NCBI RefSeq assembly: GCF_018350175.1
Contig: NC_058370.1
Span: forward strand, 15,066,001 to 15,130,000
DNA length: 64,000 nt
Direction of reading: 5' to 3'
Origin: Felis catus
Taxonomy: Eukaryota
Made by a program: the position numbers and the translations under genes. This document shows, piece after piece, positions 1-12,442 of this stretch. The notes below the pieces were generated by a model. That model saw only the letters and a program-made list of their open reading frames with translations. It did not search any database and was not told the DNA's origin. Numbering within the stretch: position 1 is the stretch's first letter; each line of letters opens with the position of its first letter.

Positions 1-178
1 TAGTTACTGATGCCAGCCACCCTTTCTGGAAGCGGTTAGAGGAGCTGGGGCTCCAGGCAGGCCCGTCCCCATCCACTGCCTATGCTCTGGGCCACTAGGC
101 TCCCCTGCACCATTCCCCAAGCCCGGTTATTGCTCGCGGCAGGTGGAAACAGGGCTCTGAGGCCCCGGAGGCAGTTAC

Positions 179-2442
179 CCTCTCGCTGCTGGCACAGCTC
201 CCGATAGTGCTGCCGAAGCTTGAGGATGAGCTGGGAGCGCAGCAGCTCCACCTCGGGGTGCGGGGGCAGCACCTCTGAAGGCCCCCGGTGCTTGATGACC
301 GCGTTGGTCTGGATGTCCAGATCCCAGTACACCCTTGGGGCACAGAAAAGAGCAACGAGGACAGTAGAGGAAAAGGAAGGAGGGGTGCCCTGGCTGCCAC
401 CACACCCCGGTCGCCCAGGCACGCAGGCCGCATCAGTGTGTGCCCCCAAGGGACTATAGCAGGGACTCACTCGGTGGGCCGGAGGAGAGCCGCCTGCTGT
501 TTATCTTCAGGGGATGTTCCCCACATCTTCAGTGTTGGGGTTCCTGGGATACTGGGGGAGCTAGGCACCGATGGGCCCGTGGGTGTCACAGGGATTTCAA
601 TCTAGAGCAAAAAAAGGAGAAGGCATCAGGGTCAGGAGAGTCAGCCTATGGTTCCAGCACCAAACCCAGTGAGCTGTGCCCAGGCCCCGCTCCTGACCGA
701 CCTGCCACTGCCCGGCCTTTGCAGGGAAGCTGCTGGCTGCCCGCCTGGCTTGGCCACTCGCCAGCCAGGTCCTCAGAGCCCGCCAGCACTCACCTTGGGC
801 TTCTTCACACCATTGCCGCTTGGCTGCTCTTCCGAGAGCTGCCGCTTTCGGGGCTTGTTCTCAGCCGGGGGGGTTTCCACCAAACTGGAGTCTTGGGGCA
901 GTGGGGTCGCATTCAGCCCCAAAGGGTCCGACTGGTGGAGGGAGACCAGCAGAATTGCAACCGGGGCCAGTGGGTTAGGAGTCCCGGTAATACGGAATCC
1001 TGATGCCCTCCTGACCCCTGCTCCTACTGCTCAGAGACTGGGATGCAGAAAGAACGCTGGGCTCCAGTCCCACTGGCTACTTGCAACCATGTGACCTTGG
1101 CGGAGTTCCATCCTGTCCTAATTCCCTCACATTCAAAATGGCCCTCCTGCTAAACAGGCCCAACCTCCCATTGGGAAGACGATTAAATGAGTCAGTGAAT
1201 ATGACCAGCTTAACATGACCTCTGGCATGAGATAAACACACTGTACACATTGATTTCTTAAATACCAGAGAGTCAGGAATAAAGGAAAGAGTCAAGAAAT
1301 GCTTGTTTTTGAAAAAGCAAGGCCCTGTGGGTGGAATGCCTTTGGCAACACCAAAAAGAAGCATGATGGTAGGCAGGGTGGCCCTGAGATCCTAAGAGGT
1401 TTGAGTCCAGCTCTGCCTCTTACTGGCTTGAGGTCTCAGGCCAATCATTTCCCATCTCTGAGCCTCAGTGTCTTCATCTGCAAAATGGGAGTGCCAACTA
1501 GCTTGATTATGCCCAGAAAAAAAAGTTCACCCCAACTGACAGGGATCCAAAAGCCCACGTTTCTGGCAGACGGCCCGTGTTGCTACTTCCCTATCACATT
1601 GACCTTTCCACTTCTAGAACGTGCTTCTCCCCTCTTAACAACTTTTCTCTTTGCTAACTCTGTCACCTTAAATGCTAATTCAAAGAGACGCTTTCCTGTC
1701 CCGTCCTGTCCACTCCCCTGCCCCAAACTGGACCATGGTCCCTGCTGTACTCTAACACTATTCTTCATACACAAGCCAAATGTAATTGTACTGGCCCCTC
1801 AGCAGACTGTGGGCCCCCCGAGAGTACAAGGGAACGACCATGTCTGTCTTGGTTCACAACTGCATTACAGGCACAGTAACAGGTAGTTCAATATCACATA
1901 CTATTTACAATCGTCTCTTTACAGGTCAATCTCCCCTATTTGAGTATAGGTTCCTTGCTAGCAGGGAATATGTCTTCTCTCGTGTACTATATCCCCAGGT
2001 CCCAACACAGGACTAGGCTCATAATAGCTGCTCAAGATACGTTTGGGGGAAGGCCCAGACGCCAGAAGCTGCTTTGAGACCCCTGCCCTAGGCTGGCACT
2101 CACAATCACGTCATGTTGGCCCAGCACAGGCATCTCCCACAGGGACTGGTTGGTAAATCGGTTGAAGTAGTAGGGACGGTTCTCCCTCCTGCTCCAGCAC
2201 TTCTCCCAGCCCGCGTGCACCAGCTCCTCTGCAAACAAGCATGGAACCCGGCCAGGGTCAGGGCTGCTCCTGGGGCATCTTTCCTACCCCACCACCCTAC
2301 CCTGCCCCTCGCCAGTACCTGGGAGGTCCTGCACCAGGCGGATGGGCTTTGGAGAACAGGGCTGGCTCTGATTGGAGGTGCCCGGGGAGTGACTCAGCAG
2401 GGACGCTTCCTCCCGGGGGCTGCCGTGATTCTCATTGGCCAT
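179..2442 (-). CDS. PCIF1: PCIF1 (CAPAM), cap-specific m6Am methyltransferase / phospho-CTD interacting factor 1; 5' coding exons only, gene continues past the window start
   Basis: Coding exons (minus): 2442-2319 (MANENHGSPREEASLLSHSPG...), 2228-2104 (WW domain GWEKCWSRRENRPYYFNRFTNQSLWEMP), 931-794, 601-471, 333-179 (VYWDLDIQTNAVIKHRGPSEVLPPHPEVELLRSQLILKLRQHYRELCQQRE). All GT-AG, phases consistent (124+125+138+131+155 nt). Confidence 0.97.
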
Positions 2443-3836
2443 CTCCGCACCCACACCGGACCTGCCACACAGAGGACCGAAGGGTGTTAGGCCAGCAGGG
2501 TGTGGAGGTCAGCTCCACCCCCAGCCCCCCCCCACCAATTACAACCCACTGAGGGCCCCCCTGACCACTTGTAGATCTGAAAAAAGTCACTCTGGTCCTG
2601 TCCTGGAGGGCCAGTGTGGTACCACGGGAGCCCTGGGACCAAAGTTGCAGTTCTCTCAACTGTAAAATGGGTGCACTCCTGTTGCTCCTTCTGCCTGAAA
2701 TGCTCTCCCCAGTTCTCTGCCTGGCTTGTCACTATGTTCACATGCTCCAGGAAGCCTTCCTAGACTCTCCCTTCCCAAAGCTAGGAGGTCAGAGCCCATC
2801 CGCAGGGCCATGAACACCTCCACCGTAGCACTCAGTCTGGTCTATGAACTGGATTGGTCTCCCCATCAGACTGTCAGAACTCCCAGGGCTAGGAACTGGG
2901 TCCAGTTCTCTCCAGCGCTCAGCATGGTACCTGGACCCAACAGGAACTCCATTCATTCTGCAAATATTTACAAAGCACAGAGTGCCACAAATGACAGAAC
3001 AGGGTCTGCCCTTGGGAAGCAACTCCCACAAAAAAGAACAGTAAATCCTCCTCTCCCCTGTTCCTATCCAATACAATCTAACTGGAACAAAGTGCAGCCC
3101 AGAGTGGGCCATGGCATCTAACTGGCTGCTTCATTCTACACTTCAGGGCAGGAAACAATCTGCTGCTAAAGAAACCAGTGGGACTGAGAAGAAACATCTA
3201 ATTCAGTCCTTCCTAATCCCCAGGTGAAAATTTACCAGGAAGCAGATCAGCTCCTTCCGATTTGTATTCTCCACTACCTTCGCCCAAAGCACACCCAGCA
3301 CGAGCCTCAATGGCCAAAGTGGTTCCCAATCTGGCTGTTCGACTTCTAGGGGCCCAACTGAGATTGAACTGGTGATCCCAAAGTTGTTTTCAATATGCCA
3401 CAGCACCCAAAGAAACATTTACCCACAAAAAGAGCACGAAGCCATGTTTAACCATCAGTTATCTTTGCTTGCTGACATTTTATCAACTCCTTGTGGTCAC
3501 ACTGATTATCTCATGCTGATCAGAAGCTCTGATTGGCTGTTGACGACATCATAGGAATCACTGGGACATTAATTTTATTGTACACTCAGTCATAGATGTC
3601 TTTGTTAATTTGGAAAGAGAAAAGTGAATGGTTACTTTGTCAGTACAGTTTGGCAGATAAAAAATGCACGGAGCAAGAGGACATACATACAACCAAAGGG
3701 GGCCATGATAACAAAAAGGTTCGGAACCACTAACCAAGGGGAGAAAAAGCTTGATTCTCTGGGTAGGAGGGATTCCCGATGCCTTGGGGCTGAGCCCACA
3801 GGTCTCAAGGCTGGACAAGGTCCCTCTTTTTCTCAC

Positions 3837-4009
3837 CCTCTGGGGTCTGCAATGCTAGCATGAGAGGGTTTTCTTCTCCAACCAGGTGGACCCCCACGTC
3901 ACAGGGTCCAACAGAGGCAGGGGGAGGCCTGCAGGAAGGCTCAGCACAGGTGGGTGGCCGGGTCAGCAGTGGAGTGAACGGGGGCCCAGGGACCTCCTCG
4001 CATCAGCAA
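3837..4009 (-). other. PCIF1: PCIF1 non-coding 5' UTR exon (probable exon 2)
   Basis: Polypyrimidine acceptor ...ttgctctgcag| at 4010 and donor GAGG|gtgaga at 3836. Unique GC-rich sequence lying between the CpG island and the ATG exon. Confidence 0.7.
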
Positions 4010-4392
4010 CTGCAGAGCAAATAGAAGAGAGAGTCACAGACCTGTGAAATGCTGCACAGCAGGGACAAAATAAGAGGGGCAATGACACAGCAAGTTGGGA
4101 GCCCCCAGGACAAGGCAGGAGACACTGTGGGAGATCTGGGGATTCAAGGGATGAAATGGTACTTCTCAAGGTTCCCAAACCAAAACATTTCACAGACTTG
4201 CCGCCTGAAGTCACATGGGCTCCGGGATGAGGAGGGCCCTAAGCCTGGTTTAATGCTCCACTGTTACTGTCTTTGAAATTTTTAATAAATTTTTAACAGA
4301 GGGGACCCACATTTTCATTTTGCACACGGGACCCCACAAATTGTGTAGCTGCTCCTATCAACCAAAATATCCCTAAGATAAAAGTGAACATA

Positions 4393-4716
4393 TAGTTGTC
4401 CCTTAACAACATGGGTCCAAACCACACGGGTCCACTTACACATGGCTTTTTTTCAACATGATACAGCGCTATAAATGTATTTACTTGTCCTTATGATTTT
4501 CTTAACATTTTCTTTGCTCTAGCTCATTTTAAAAATACAGTATATAATTCATATAACATACAAAACATGTGTTCACCGACTGCTTATGTTGCCAGAAAGG
4601 CTTCTGGTTAACTGCAGGCTATTAGTGAAGTTTTGGGGAGTCCAAAGTTATACTGGGATTTTCCACTGCACTGGAGATCAGTGCCCCTAACTCTTGTGTT
4701 GTTCAAGGGTCAACTG
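4393..4716. mobile_element. Non-autonomous Tigger (Tc1/mariner-pogo) DNA transposon, Tigger3/MER7-like
   Basis: Terminal inverted repeats TAGTTGTCCCTTAACAACA / TGTTGTTCAAGGGTCAACTG flanked by TA dinucleotides. The subfamily name is from recollection. Confidence 0.75.
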
Positions 4717-5399
4717 TACTTATCACAGATCAGAGGCCACAAAAAACACGTTTCTTGGAATCAATCTTTTAACACGTTACATGCAAATGCATTACATAAC
4801 TCGGCATGTTCAACTTTATTGAAAAATATTTTTGCCAATAAATATCGTGTGACGTTGAGGCACCACGTAGCTGAACCATGCACAGGCAGCACATGCAGCC
4901 CAGCTCGGTGAGGCCAAACAGGGACACTGCAGTGTTTCCAAAACCCGTATCACAGCCATCAGAGGGCCTGTAATAGAAATCCAGATTCCCGCCCGTCCCT
5001 CACCTCACATCGTAGGAGTCAGAAATGGAGAAGGGAGACACACAAGAATTTGTATTTTTTTAAACGCACTCCAGAGGTGGGACTGGGAAACAGGATGACA
5101 AATTTTACACCAGTTCAAACCTTTACCAATTTTTTACGATTAAAACTTTTTTCTTAATTTCCCAGGTGATTTGGAAGCAGCGGGTTGGTGGCCAAAGAAC
5201 CTGCTCTGAGTGTGGACAGACCCGGGGTCCAGATCCTTCTGCCGCGCGTTCCGACTTACAAACAGGAATGACTCGATCTCTATGGTCTCTACACGTAGAG
5301 TCTAGTATATTGTACACTTAAAGTAAGAAATAACTCTATTATTAAGATAACGTTTTTATTTATCCTGAGGTTTCCCGGCCCCTCGCATACCACAGTTAA

Positions 5400-6600
5400 G
5401 TGCCGATCAGCTTAATAAACAACTGTATCTGCGCAACCGGAGGAACCCACCAGAAGGAAAAGAACCCGGTTACGGGATTGGAAGACGGGGCGGGACCATC
5501 TCAGTAATGTGCCAATCAGAACCCTCCAAACCAATAGGGCGGAGCCAAACAACTTCCAAAATGCGCAGGCGCGGGGGCCACAAGAGACGGGGACTACACC
5601 CCCCCCCCCCCGCCAGCGCGCGCACCCTTTCCCTTCCCCTCCCCCCAAACCCCAGCGGGGGCGGGCTGTTTGGCGCGCGCGCGCCGGCCCATCTCCCGGG
5701 CTCCGCCCCCCGCCCCACCGCGCGCTCCCGCCCCCGGGCTGAGGCGACTCAGAGTCGGAGCCCGACACAAAGGCGGTGGCGGCGGCAGCGGCGGAGGGGC
5801 CCTAGAGGCCGCTCCGCCCGCGCTCTCCGGGCCCACCTCCCTCACCCAAGCTACCGGCCCGGCCGCCCACCCGCGGGCCTAAGATGGCGGCGGCGGCAGA
5901 GACAGGGCAAGCGGTGGCCCCGAGCGGAAAGCGCCGGAGGGGCCACCGCAGCCCGGCTTCGGATCCCCGGAACCCGGAGCGGCTCGCGGCGGGACCANNN
6001 NNNNNNNNNNNNNNNNNNNNNNNNNNNNNNNNNNNNNNNNNNNNNNNNNNNNNNNNNNNNNNNNNNNNNNNNNNNNNNNNNNNNNNNNNNNNNNNNNNNN
6101 NNNNNNNNNNNNNNNNNNNNNNNNNNNNNNNNNNNNNNNNNNNNNNNNNNNNNNNNNNNNNNNNNNNNNNNNNNNNNNNNNNNNNNNNNNNNNTCTTGAG
6201 TGTGGCAGAACCGGCCGACTCCTCAGAGCCTGCTTGCTTTCGGCCCCTTCCCTTCCTCCCGTCCTTCCCTGCTATTCCATGCGGGTCTCAGGAGGGCAGG
6301 GCAGCTTTGCGGGCCGTGGGGTGTGAACTGAGGAAGGAACGAGCTCACAAACACGCTCCCTGCCTCTGTTTCCCCCGCGAGCACACCCGCTGGGGCTGGA
6401 GGACCTAGGTGGGAGGTGCACCAACCGGGCCGGACTGAGTGTGCGCACCGGGGGGCGCGGGGCGGGCTGGGAACCTGCGGGCGCTCGGCAAAGACGCCGG
6501 CCCGGGGGCGGGGTTGTGGTGACGCAGCTCTGGGCGTAGCGGGGGCCTGGGTCCTAGTTCCGGCGCGGCTGTGTCATTGATGTCCAGTCGCTTACCCTCT
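5400..6600 (-). promoter_or_regulatory. PCIF1: CpG island / PCIF1 promoter and first exon (partly in N gap)
   Basis: Very high CpG density, GC boxes, YY1-type AAGATGGCGGC at 5881-5891, candidate exon-1 donor near 5845. Confidence 0.8.
5998..6193. other. Assembly gap (N run) in the GC-rich PCIF1 promoter
   Basis: 196 N bases. Confidence 1.
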
Positions 6601-8086
6601 CTGAGCATCTGTCAAGAATGTTTTCCAGCCATTTTCTATGTCGAGGCTGCATGCAAATCGAATCTTCTCCCAGGATGAGGCTTCACAAGCTACAAGTGTT
6701 CCTGGGTAGAAGAAACTTAAAACAGCCGTGGGAGCCATAATAAAGGTGGCTTTGGCGAAGTTAGGAATGCAACTAAAATGCATCAGTGGGGGTCTTCCAA
6801 CACTGACCTATCTATGGCTACTAATTGCGGTGCAAAACCTCACTGAGACCTCAGACCAGCCATAAATGCCAAGCAGGAGATACAGTTGCTAGGTTCCCCC
6901 ACGCGCGGCTCCCTACAGGATTCTTGGGCAGAGGCTGTCAGACGACTCAATAGCCCCACCTCCGTCGGGCCTCCTTAGTAAACTGACCTCAACAGTGGCT
7001 TGAGACGAACACAAGGTTGCCATCTGCCGTTCGCCTTGCATCTCCCAAGTGGAGCCAGAGACTGCAGGTTCCCCGGGCTGGGCTGCACGCAGCCTCCGGT
7101 GTGCATGATGCCCGGCCCCGTGCAGCTGGGTGGGGGTGGGGGAGTGTCAGCAAAACGTGAGGCAAATAGTATGAACTAGGGTGCTCATGAGTCTGGCTGG
7201 TTCAGATCTGTATCCTCCGCCCTGGACGTGTGGCCTTGAAGGAGTTGTTCGACATCTTTAAGCTGTAGTTTCCTGTAATGGAAGAGAAGTCCACCTGGCG
7301 AGAACTGAGATGGCGTCTGTAAAGTACTCAGCACATGTGGGACCTGGCATTTAATAAATGTTAGCTGTTGTGAGGGTTTCTCCAAGTAGATTTGAGCCTT
7401 CCCCAAATACACCTGCTCCGGATAGGCCCAGTAAGTGCAGCCAAATCCTGCCCTTACAGAGAGTCCAGTTCACTTGGGAAGCTTGATGGGAAATCAGATG
7501 CCTGGTGCCCACCTTAGACCTATATAGCGGGGACCAGATGTCCTGCTCTCCCTGGGACAGCCTTGGTTTATATCTGTTGTCCTGGCATAATTATTAATAT
7601 TGCATCCTTTCTCAAAAGCGCCCTGGTTTGGACAATAAATTATACGGTCACTCTAGATTTACAGAATACCTAGTTTTTGTTCTTAAGATTTTTTTTTTTA
7701 AGTAATCTCTACACCCAATGTGGAGCTTGAAATCACAACCCCGAGATCAAGAGTCTCAAGCTCCGCTGACTGAGCCAGCCAGGCGTCCCAAAAGGCCTAG
7801 TTTTGCAAGCTCCCCAGCTAGTACTTACTAACACAGGAGTGTAAAAACCATGTACTGATTGCTATCTGTTCCTGTTTTTTTGCTTTCAAAGTACGTTAAT
7901 TTGTTTCTCAGAGTCTCTTAATTGGTAACTAAAGCACCGAGCATCCCAAGTGCCTATCCCTGTTTTACCATGTAACCCTTTCCAAGAATTATGAGCATAG
8001 AAATGATTATCTCAAGTCCACACGTGAGGAAACTGAGGCTGGGGGAAGGGGCAGGGGTCAAGTAATTATATGAAGTACCAGAACTG

Positions 8087-8273
8087 GTTTTTTCTTTTTG
8101 TTTTTTGTTTTTTTTTTAATGTTTACTTATTGAGAGGGAGAGAGATTCTCAAGCAGGCTCTGCACTATAGGCTCAGGGCCCCATGCGGGGCTCGATCCCA
8201 CATACTGTGAGATCATGACCTGAGCTGAAATCAAGAGTCCGACGCTCAACCAACTGAGCCACTCAGGTGCCTC
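8087..8273 (-). mobile_element. CAN-SINE (tRNA-derived carnivore SINE)
   Basis: Reverse-complement tRNA-like head, (CT)n linker and poly(A) tail. Confidence 0.85.
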
Positions 8274-8883
8274 CAGAACTGCGGTTTTAAAGACGAAGGT
8301 TCCCAGCGTTAAAACCCAAAGCTGATTCCATGAAGCCACACTGCTTCCCTCTCTTGTGGAGAAGGGACTCTGAACTTGAGAAAGTGATTTTCCTGAGCTC
8401 ACACAATGGTCCTGGGCATTTCCACTTCAGTATCTTCCAGGTCTCAAACTCAGTGTTAAACACTGCTCTTTGCTTTCATCTCCCTCCCCAGACTCGTTCC
8501 TCCCAAAGGATTCCTCACCTTCCTGTTCTCACTTTCTGCACAACAGTCAAAACCAGCCTCTTCTCTCCAACCTCATTCCTGCTACCTTAGAGCAAGCCCC
8601 ATTATTTTTGAAACACTTTTTATTGTTAAGAGTAGCACACATACAGAAAAGTGCACAAAACAGAAATGTAAAGGCCACCTGGGTGGCTGAGTCGGTTAAG
8701 CGTCTGGCTCAGGTCTTGATCTTTGGGTGGTGAGTTTGGCCCTGCATCAGGCCTGCGTTGGGCTCTGCGCTGCACATGAAACTTCCTTAAAAGGAGAGAG
8801 AGAGAAAAATGTAAAACTTAGTGATTTGTCACAGAGTGAACACCCAGGGGAACGTCACTCAGGTCAAGGTATCATCGAGCCCA

Positions 8884-9095
8884 GGGGCACCTGGATGGCT
8901 CAGTCGGTTGAGTGTCCAACTTCAGCTCAGGTCATGACCTCACAGTTTGTGAGTTCGAGCCCCGTGTCGGGCTCTGTGCTGACAGCTCGGAGCCCGGAGC
9001 CTGCTTCACATTCTGTGTCTCCCTGTCTCTCGGCCCCTCCCCTGCTCATGCTCTGTCTCTCTCTCTGTCTCTCAATCATAAATAAATGTTACAAC
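8884..9095 (+). mobile_element. CAN-SINE inserted in an old L1-like fragment
   Basis: GGGGCACCTGGATGGCTCAGTCGGTTGAG...GAGTTCGAGCCCCG...(CT)n AATAAA. Flanks are AT-rich and L1 3'-like. Confidence 0.9.
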
Positions 9096-9985
9096 ATTTT
9101 TTTAAAAAAGGGTATCATCAATCACTGTTAATTTTGTGATAATCACTTCTTTCTTTGATAGTTTGACCACTGGGTGTCTCTAAACACTATAGTTTCACTT
9201 TGCCTGTTCCTTGAACTTCATTTAAATGGAATTACGCAGTTCTATATATCGTGTTGGCTTTCTTTTGCTCGACATTGCACTTGTGAGACTCATTTATGTT
9301 GTTGCATGTAGCTGGAGTTCATTCTCATTGCTGTATTCTGTCTTCCAATGTATATTTATCTATTCTACTGTTGGGATATTTGAAACTGCTCCCCCAACCC
9401 TGTATCTCCTTTCTGAATTATTACAGATGCTTAATAATAATAACAAAACAATTATATTTAAATAAATAACAAGTTAATAATCCACTGATTCTTTACATGT
9501 TTGAGTGAATGAATGAATGAATAATAAGACTCGTCTCCACACTGGTCTTTTGGTCCAGCCTTGCTTCTCTCCTACTCCATAATCCACCCTGTAGTCACAG
9601 AGATCTCCTTAAGTCTGGTCATATGGCACATCTGATCAAGTCACCCTGGGCTTAAAACCCCTGAATGTCTGCCCACTGACTGCAGGATAAAGTCCCAAAC
9701 CCTTAGCTTGGTTTACAACACCATAATGATAATGACAGCTGCCATGGCAGAGTATTTGCTGTGGGCTGTGCCAAGCACTTTAAATACATTCATGTTATTC
9801 ACGATCCGGATCTTCAAACCACCTCTCCTCATCAGGCCCCAGCCATCTTGAACGACGCATAACTTCCCCCAAAGTGCCAGGTTCTCTCTTGACCCCCGGG
9901 CCTTTGCATACGCTGTTTGCTCTTCTCTCCCCCCGCCGCCCCCCGCCGCCCCCCGCCTTTGACTAATTCAGGCTTCAAGTCTTTA

Positions 9986-10420
9986 TTTTTTTTATTTTTT
10001 TTTTAAGTTTTTTTTTTTAACGTTTATTTATTTTTGAGACAGAGAGAGACAGAGCATGAACGGGGGAGGGTCAGAGAGAGAGGGAGACACAGAATCGGAA
10101 GCAGGCTCCAGGCTCTGAGCCATCAGCCCAGAGCCCGACGCGGGGCTCGAACTCACGGACTGCGAGATCATGACCTGAGTTGAAGTCGAACGCTTAACCG
10201 ACTGAGCCACCCAGATGCCCCAAGTCTTTATTTTTTTTAATTTTTTTGTCTTTTTCGAGAGAGACAGCAAGGGAGGGGCAGAGAGAGAGGGAGACCCAGA
10301 ATCCCAAACGAGCTCCAAGCTCCAAGCTGTCAGCACAGAGCCTGCGCAGGGCTCCAACTCGCAAACCGTGAGATCATGACCTGAGCTGAAGTCAGATACT
10401 TACCCGACTGAGCCCCGCTC
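9986..10420 (-). mobile_element. Two tandem CAN-SINEs inserted at the same target site
   Basis: Elements at ~9986-10220 and ~10231-10420. CAAGTCTT is repeated at 9976, 10221 and 10421. Confidence 0.9.
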
Positions 10421-12442
10421 CAAGTCTTACTTTAGATGGCACCTCCACCAGGCAGGCTTCCCTGAACTTGCCTTCACCCAGACTAGGTCAGGCCCCCTCT
10501 TCTGTATTCCTATTCCTGCGCTCAGTGGACTGCTTGAGGGCGGGGCTGGGGCTTGTTCACATCTGGAGACCCCATGCCCAGTGCTGTGCTTAATTAACCC
10601 TCTGTAAATATTTTTTGACCACGAACAGACCACATTGGGCTGAAATCTGGGTGACTTTTTCAGGTATCCCTGCTTCTATTCCAGGCTCTGGTTTCTGCGG
10701 TGGGCACACCAAGGCTGTGCCCTTTAGGATGCCAAGAAAAGCATGAGCTGCCTGCCGTGGCAGAGTCCCTGCCAGCAGCCTAGAGTCCTCTACTCCGAAG
10801 ATAGGGATGGGCAGGTCGAGCAAAGATCCTGGGGCTTTCAAGCACTCCATCAAGTTTTCCTGAAGTAAGATGCCTGGTGAGTTGGGAGAGATGGTTGAGA
10901 TAAACGGGGCTCCTCCAGCTTTAGCCAGCTCTGGCTGGGAGCCTGCTGGCAGGGCCTCTGAGGACCTCAGCCTCAACTCAGGACAAAGCCCAGTCTCCAT
11001 ATTAAAGCAGAAACGTAAACATACAGGCTCAGGTTGCCACATACCTTAACCCCCTTGTTCTTTTCCACGACAGCAAGAGGCTGCGAAGACGGAACCACAC
11101 ATCTCAACCCCTGAGGTCCTGGCGGTCGGGGGAGGGAGGCTCCAACGCAATCCTGACCCAGGCCGCCCCCACCCGGGTCCGGTCAGAGCTGCCCATAGTC
11201 TCTGTTCTGCAGTTTAAATAACACTAAGGCAGTTTCCGAGGCCAGTGGGCCTGGCCCCAGGGAAACTGCAGAAGAAATTCTTCCAACCCAAACTGTGGTT
11301 TCCACTGGGAGTGGCTCTCCGGCCATTCTGGGGCCAGATGAGAGAAACCATGTAGGCCAAGAATAGATGAGGGGAGTGGGGCGTCTCCTCTGGTCTTCCT
11401 GGTCCCGTAAGTGTCTGATGTGGTGTCACGGCCCCCTCCGTTTCTTCATCTGACCGGACCCAACGTGTGTCGGGGCCTGCCCCAGGACCGTGAGCACCAG
11501 AGATACATAAGACAGATGTTTTGTCCTCAGGGAGCCCACAGAGGAGGCAGGGGGCGGACACATAAATAAGCCCTCTGCTATGGGGAGATAAGGGTTCCGT
11601 TGGGATGGCCAGGAGGGTGGGCCCTGCAAAAGAGAAGGCTTCAGGAGAGCTGGCAATGGACACAGCCTGTGCCGAGGCCTGGAGGGGGGGAAAGGGGTGG
11701 CATGTTTGGGGAACTAGTCAGCCGGAGCACCGCCAGGCACGGGGGAGGAGGTGCAGGTCGAGCCGGGGCCCTCGACCCCAAATTCAGTGTCTGTTCTGCG
11801 CCCAGCATCTCCAGGTGGCATCTGAGTCATCTCAGGATGGGGGCGGGGGGCACCTCCACCCTCCCCACCCATTCCTTCTGATGCCCGTTTTTCTACTTTG
11901 GGCAGAGTGGCCACGAACCAGGATGTTTATACTCATATAAGCTGAGTCTGCAGAATGAAATTCCAGACTTCTCCAAAAAAGAAGCCAGGGTGACAGCTGG
12001 CAGCTTCCTGAACGTCTGCCATCGGAGGAAACTTTGACCTAAAGAAGGGGGTGGGGGAGGACACCAACTGAGCCTGGGTCTCAGCTGAGGGGTTCCTGGG
12101 ACACTTGGCTTCTAACCCGGATGTCTCAACCCCGGTGGGAAAAACCTGGGGTATAATTTATGTGCCACAATATTCACCTGTTTCACATGTACAATTTCAG
12201 TGATTTTGAGTAAATGTACACAGTGGTGCAAACATCGCCACAACTGAGTTTTACGACCTTTCCATTTCCCCCAAAATGAGCTCCTGTGACTGTTTGCCGT
12301 CACCCCTTCTTCCCACGCCCCAGGCCCAGGTGACCACTACTCTGCTTTCTATCCCCTTAGACTTGCCTTCTCTGGGCTTGTCATACAGATGGAATCATAC
12401 AGAATGCAGTCTTCGCCCTGGTCCCTTCACGTGGCGTCATGT

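Noticed and set aside
5507-6408. Long ORFs (230 aa, 174 aa) across the PCIF1 CpG island, including MAAAAETG... at 5884
   Set aside because: GC-rich stop depletion plus N-gap read-through; AAGATGGCGG is better explained as a YY1 motif.
7688-7789. tRNA-like A/B-box sequences (also ~13237, 25911, 26800, 59974)
   Set aside because: Short, old tRNA-derived SINE heads with A-rich tails; no intact cloverleaf or acceptor stem that I can support.
9928-9957. (CCCCGCCGCC)x3 mini tandem repeat
   Set aside because: Short simple repeat in a repeat-derived intergenic region; no evidence of function.
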